DNA of 64,000 nucleotides from Eledone cirrhosa. Taxonomy: Eukaryota. The notes beneath the pieces are model-generated. The model made no database searches, had not been told where the DNA came from, and saw only the letters and a program-made list of their open reading frames with translations. The translations under genes and the position numbers were made by a program. This document shows positions 62,400 to 64,000 of this stretch, one piece after another (the first letter of the stretch is position 1; the number at the start of each line of letters is the position of its first letter). The stretch spans positions 367,660,001 to 367,724,000 of the forward strand of contig OZ024743.1 in the NCBI GenBank assembly GCA_964016885.1. Reading direction: 5' to 3'.

Positions 62400-64000
62400 A
62401 GAAACTATAATTTAAAATTGTAGAAGCAGCAAAAATATATTAGAGGCAGATAAATACATGATGTTTTTAGAAGAAATAAAAGGAAGTAAGTTCTTCCGGT
62501 AGTTAGAAGTGTTATTTCTATTTTCGTTATTTCTATTTTCGGCAAACTATTTGAGATCATATTTCTTCCCAGGTAAAGCTGTGGTTCTTTTGAAGTACAC
62601 TTCCATACAAGGCAAGCCGAGACATGAAATATGCACAACTTCTGAAAAGTTATCAAACTATGAAAAAGAATATTCGAAATAAGAAGAATGAATGAAATAA
62701 CCAATCGGATTTGAAATAAATGAATATATAAATATATTGATTTCTTATATCGTCACTCGAATAATTTATTTACATTAACATAAAGTCAGACGTAAATGAG
62801 GAAGGGGAAGGTGAAATTTAAATAAATGTCTGATATTTTAAGGTAAACAAAATATACGTGAATGAAAACATTCACGCGTGAACATAAGCAACCATTATAA
62901 TTGAACAAACGAAAGGACACGATTAAAATATTCCAGTTACCTCTCGTTAGTCGAGAGATTTAGTTAGAATGAGTTATATACCTCAGTAATTATAATCAGA
63001 TATTGTGAACGGGGAATTTGATGATACTTAAGTTATAAATTAACCCCTTAATGACGACATAGAAAGAATAAATAATAAAACAACGAGATATTTTCTATTT
63101 TGATGTATTTTTGATGATGGGACCCCATAGACACACGACTTGAAAGTCACTAGCGTATGATTACAACTGCTATTTAATGTATCGCCAGAAGATGTAGTTA
63201 ATAACCAAATCAATAACGTATATTATATAAGCAACAACAAAAACTGACAACAGTGTAACATAATCACTGACGTCGTCTCCTCTGGTGACTGACAGTTGCT
63301 GACACGGTCGAGCAGACGCTAGAATGATCGACTGGAAATACTATTAAGAAAGATAGAAAGACACTCACCCAAACAGAACTAAAATACTGGATGACATTGT
63401 ACAGAAAGGAAAAAAAGTTGTAAATCCATGAAAAGATAGAATCGATCGGTCCAAAATAGTACAACAAATTCAGGCAGGGTAATCCAACAGCTCCAACTAT
63501 AATTAACTTGAAGTGTTTTATTAAAGTAGTGCTGATAATTTCAGAAATATCATTGACAGATTTGATCGGAATAAGGACCACTCCGGCAGCAAAAGGGGTA
63601 CCGGACTCATGTAATCCCTGAAGCCAACTCCTCAAGACACTGGTCAGTGTTCGTTTGAATGGATATAAGAAGGTTCCACATAATACAGCCCATAACAAGG
63701 GTCTGAGAAAGGCCTGTAGGACAAAATAGACAGCCACTACTACCAAACTAGCGAATATAACGAAGAAGTTGGCCGCTGTGTTGTACAGAGCCTTCTTCAG
63801 TGCTTTTTCGTGACCCTGTGGAAGTATCTGAAACACATTATCGAAAGAAGATCGAAAGTATTCAAACGACGGTGAAGCCATGTTCTTCTACTGTTGCTGG
63901 GGAAGTTATTATACACAAACACGGTTGTCCCTTTCTGAACAATTACATTATAGTACTGGTAGCAATAGTGTGTGGCTGTGATCGGTGACTAAGAATTGGC
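62400..64000 (-). promoter_or_regulatory. Repeat-free, CpG-retaining promoter-proximal region and 5' UTR of TMEM245
   Basis: CG dinucleotides are visibly more frequent here than in unique intronic DNA, and no recognisable TE lies after ~62290. The TSS cannot be located from sequence. Confidence 0.45.
63369..63881 (-). CDS. TMEM245: Transmembrane protein 245 orthologue, coding exon 1 (171 codons, phase-0 end)
   Basis: Translation LKKALYNTAANFFV...AFLRPLLWAVLCGTFLYPFKRTLT...QYFSSVW matches the TMEM245 N-terminus as I recall it (FLRPLLWAVLCGTFLHPFK). Start context is aacATGg. Canonical donor TGG|GTGAGT at 63368. Confidence 0.93.

Larger units (their letters stand above)
680..63368 (-). other. 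TMEM245: Intron 1 of TMEM245 (62,689 bp, GT-AG, phase 0)
   Basis: Bounded by GTGAGT (63368) and ttttatcAG (680). The joined exons read in frame with no apparent gap relative to the homologous protein. Confidence 0.85.

Noticed and set aside
63264-63368. C-terminal 34 aa of the 205-aa ORF
   Set aside because: Read-through into the intron past the GTGAGT donor. Homology stops at ...FSSVW.

Overview
Eukaryotic, AT-rich, repeat-dense animal DNA. The microsatellites, tRNA-derived SINEs and RTE LINEs suggest an octopus or other coleoid mollusc, but that is an inference. Almost the whole window is one 62,689-bp phase-0 intron (680-63368) of a minus-strand TMEM245 orthologue. Coding exon 1 is 63369-63881 and the next recognisable exon is 448-679. 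The intron holds at least nine kinds of mobile element: RTE LINEs with a C4HC3 (PHD-type) zinc finger inside the reverse transcriptase, Rex3/Expander-like RTEs, a near full-length CRE-clade (RLE) retroelement with its own N-terminal PHD finger, a Dong/R4 stub in (TAA)n, Tx1/L1, a Gypsy 3' end with LTR, Penelope-like remnants with hammerhead motifs, Helitron pieces and a piggyBac-type MITE. The most notable signals are the PHD-in-RT retroelement family and its +/-/+ stack in (TA)n tracts forming two ~1.4-kb inverted repeats. Also notable are several near-perfect fold-back palindromes at element junctions and a minisatellite carrying repeated TGACGTCA sites. All family names come from motif recognition by eye, no database search was run, and most repeat boundaries are approximate.
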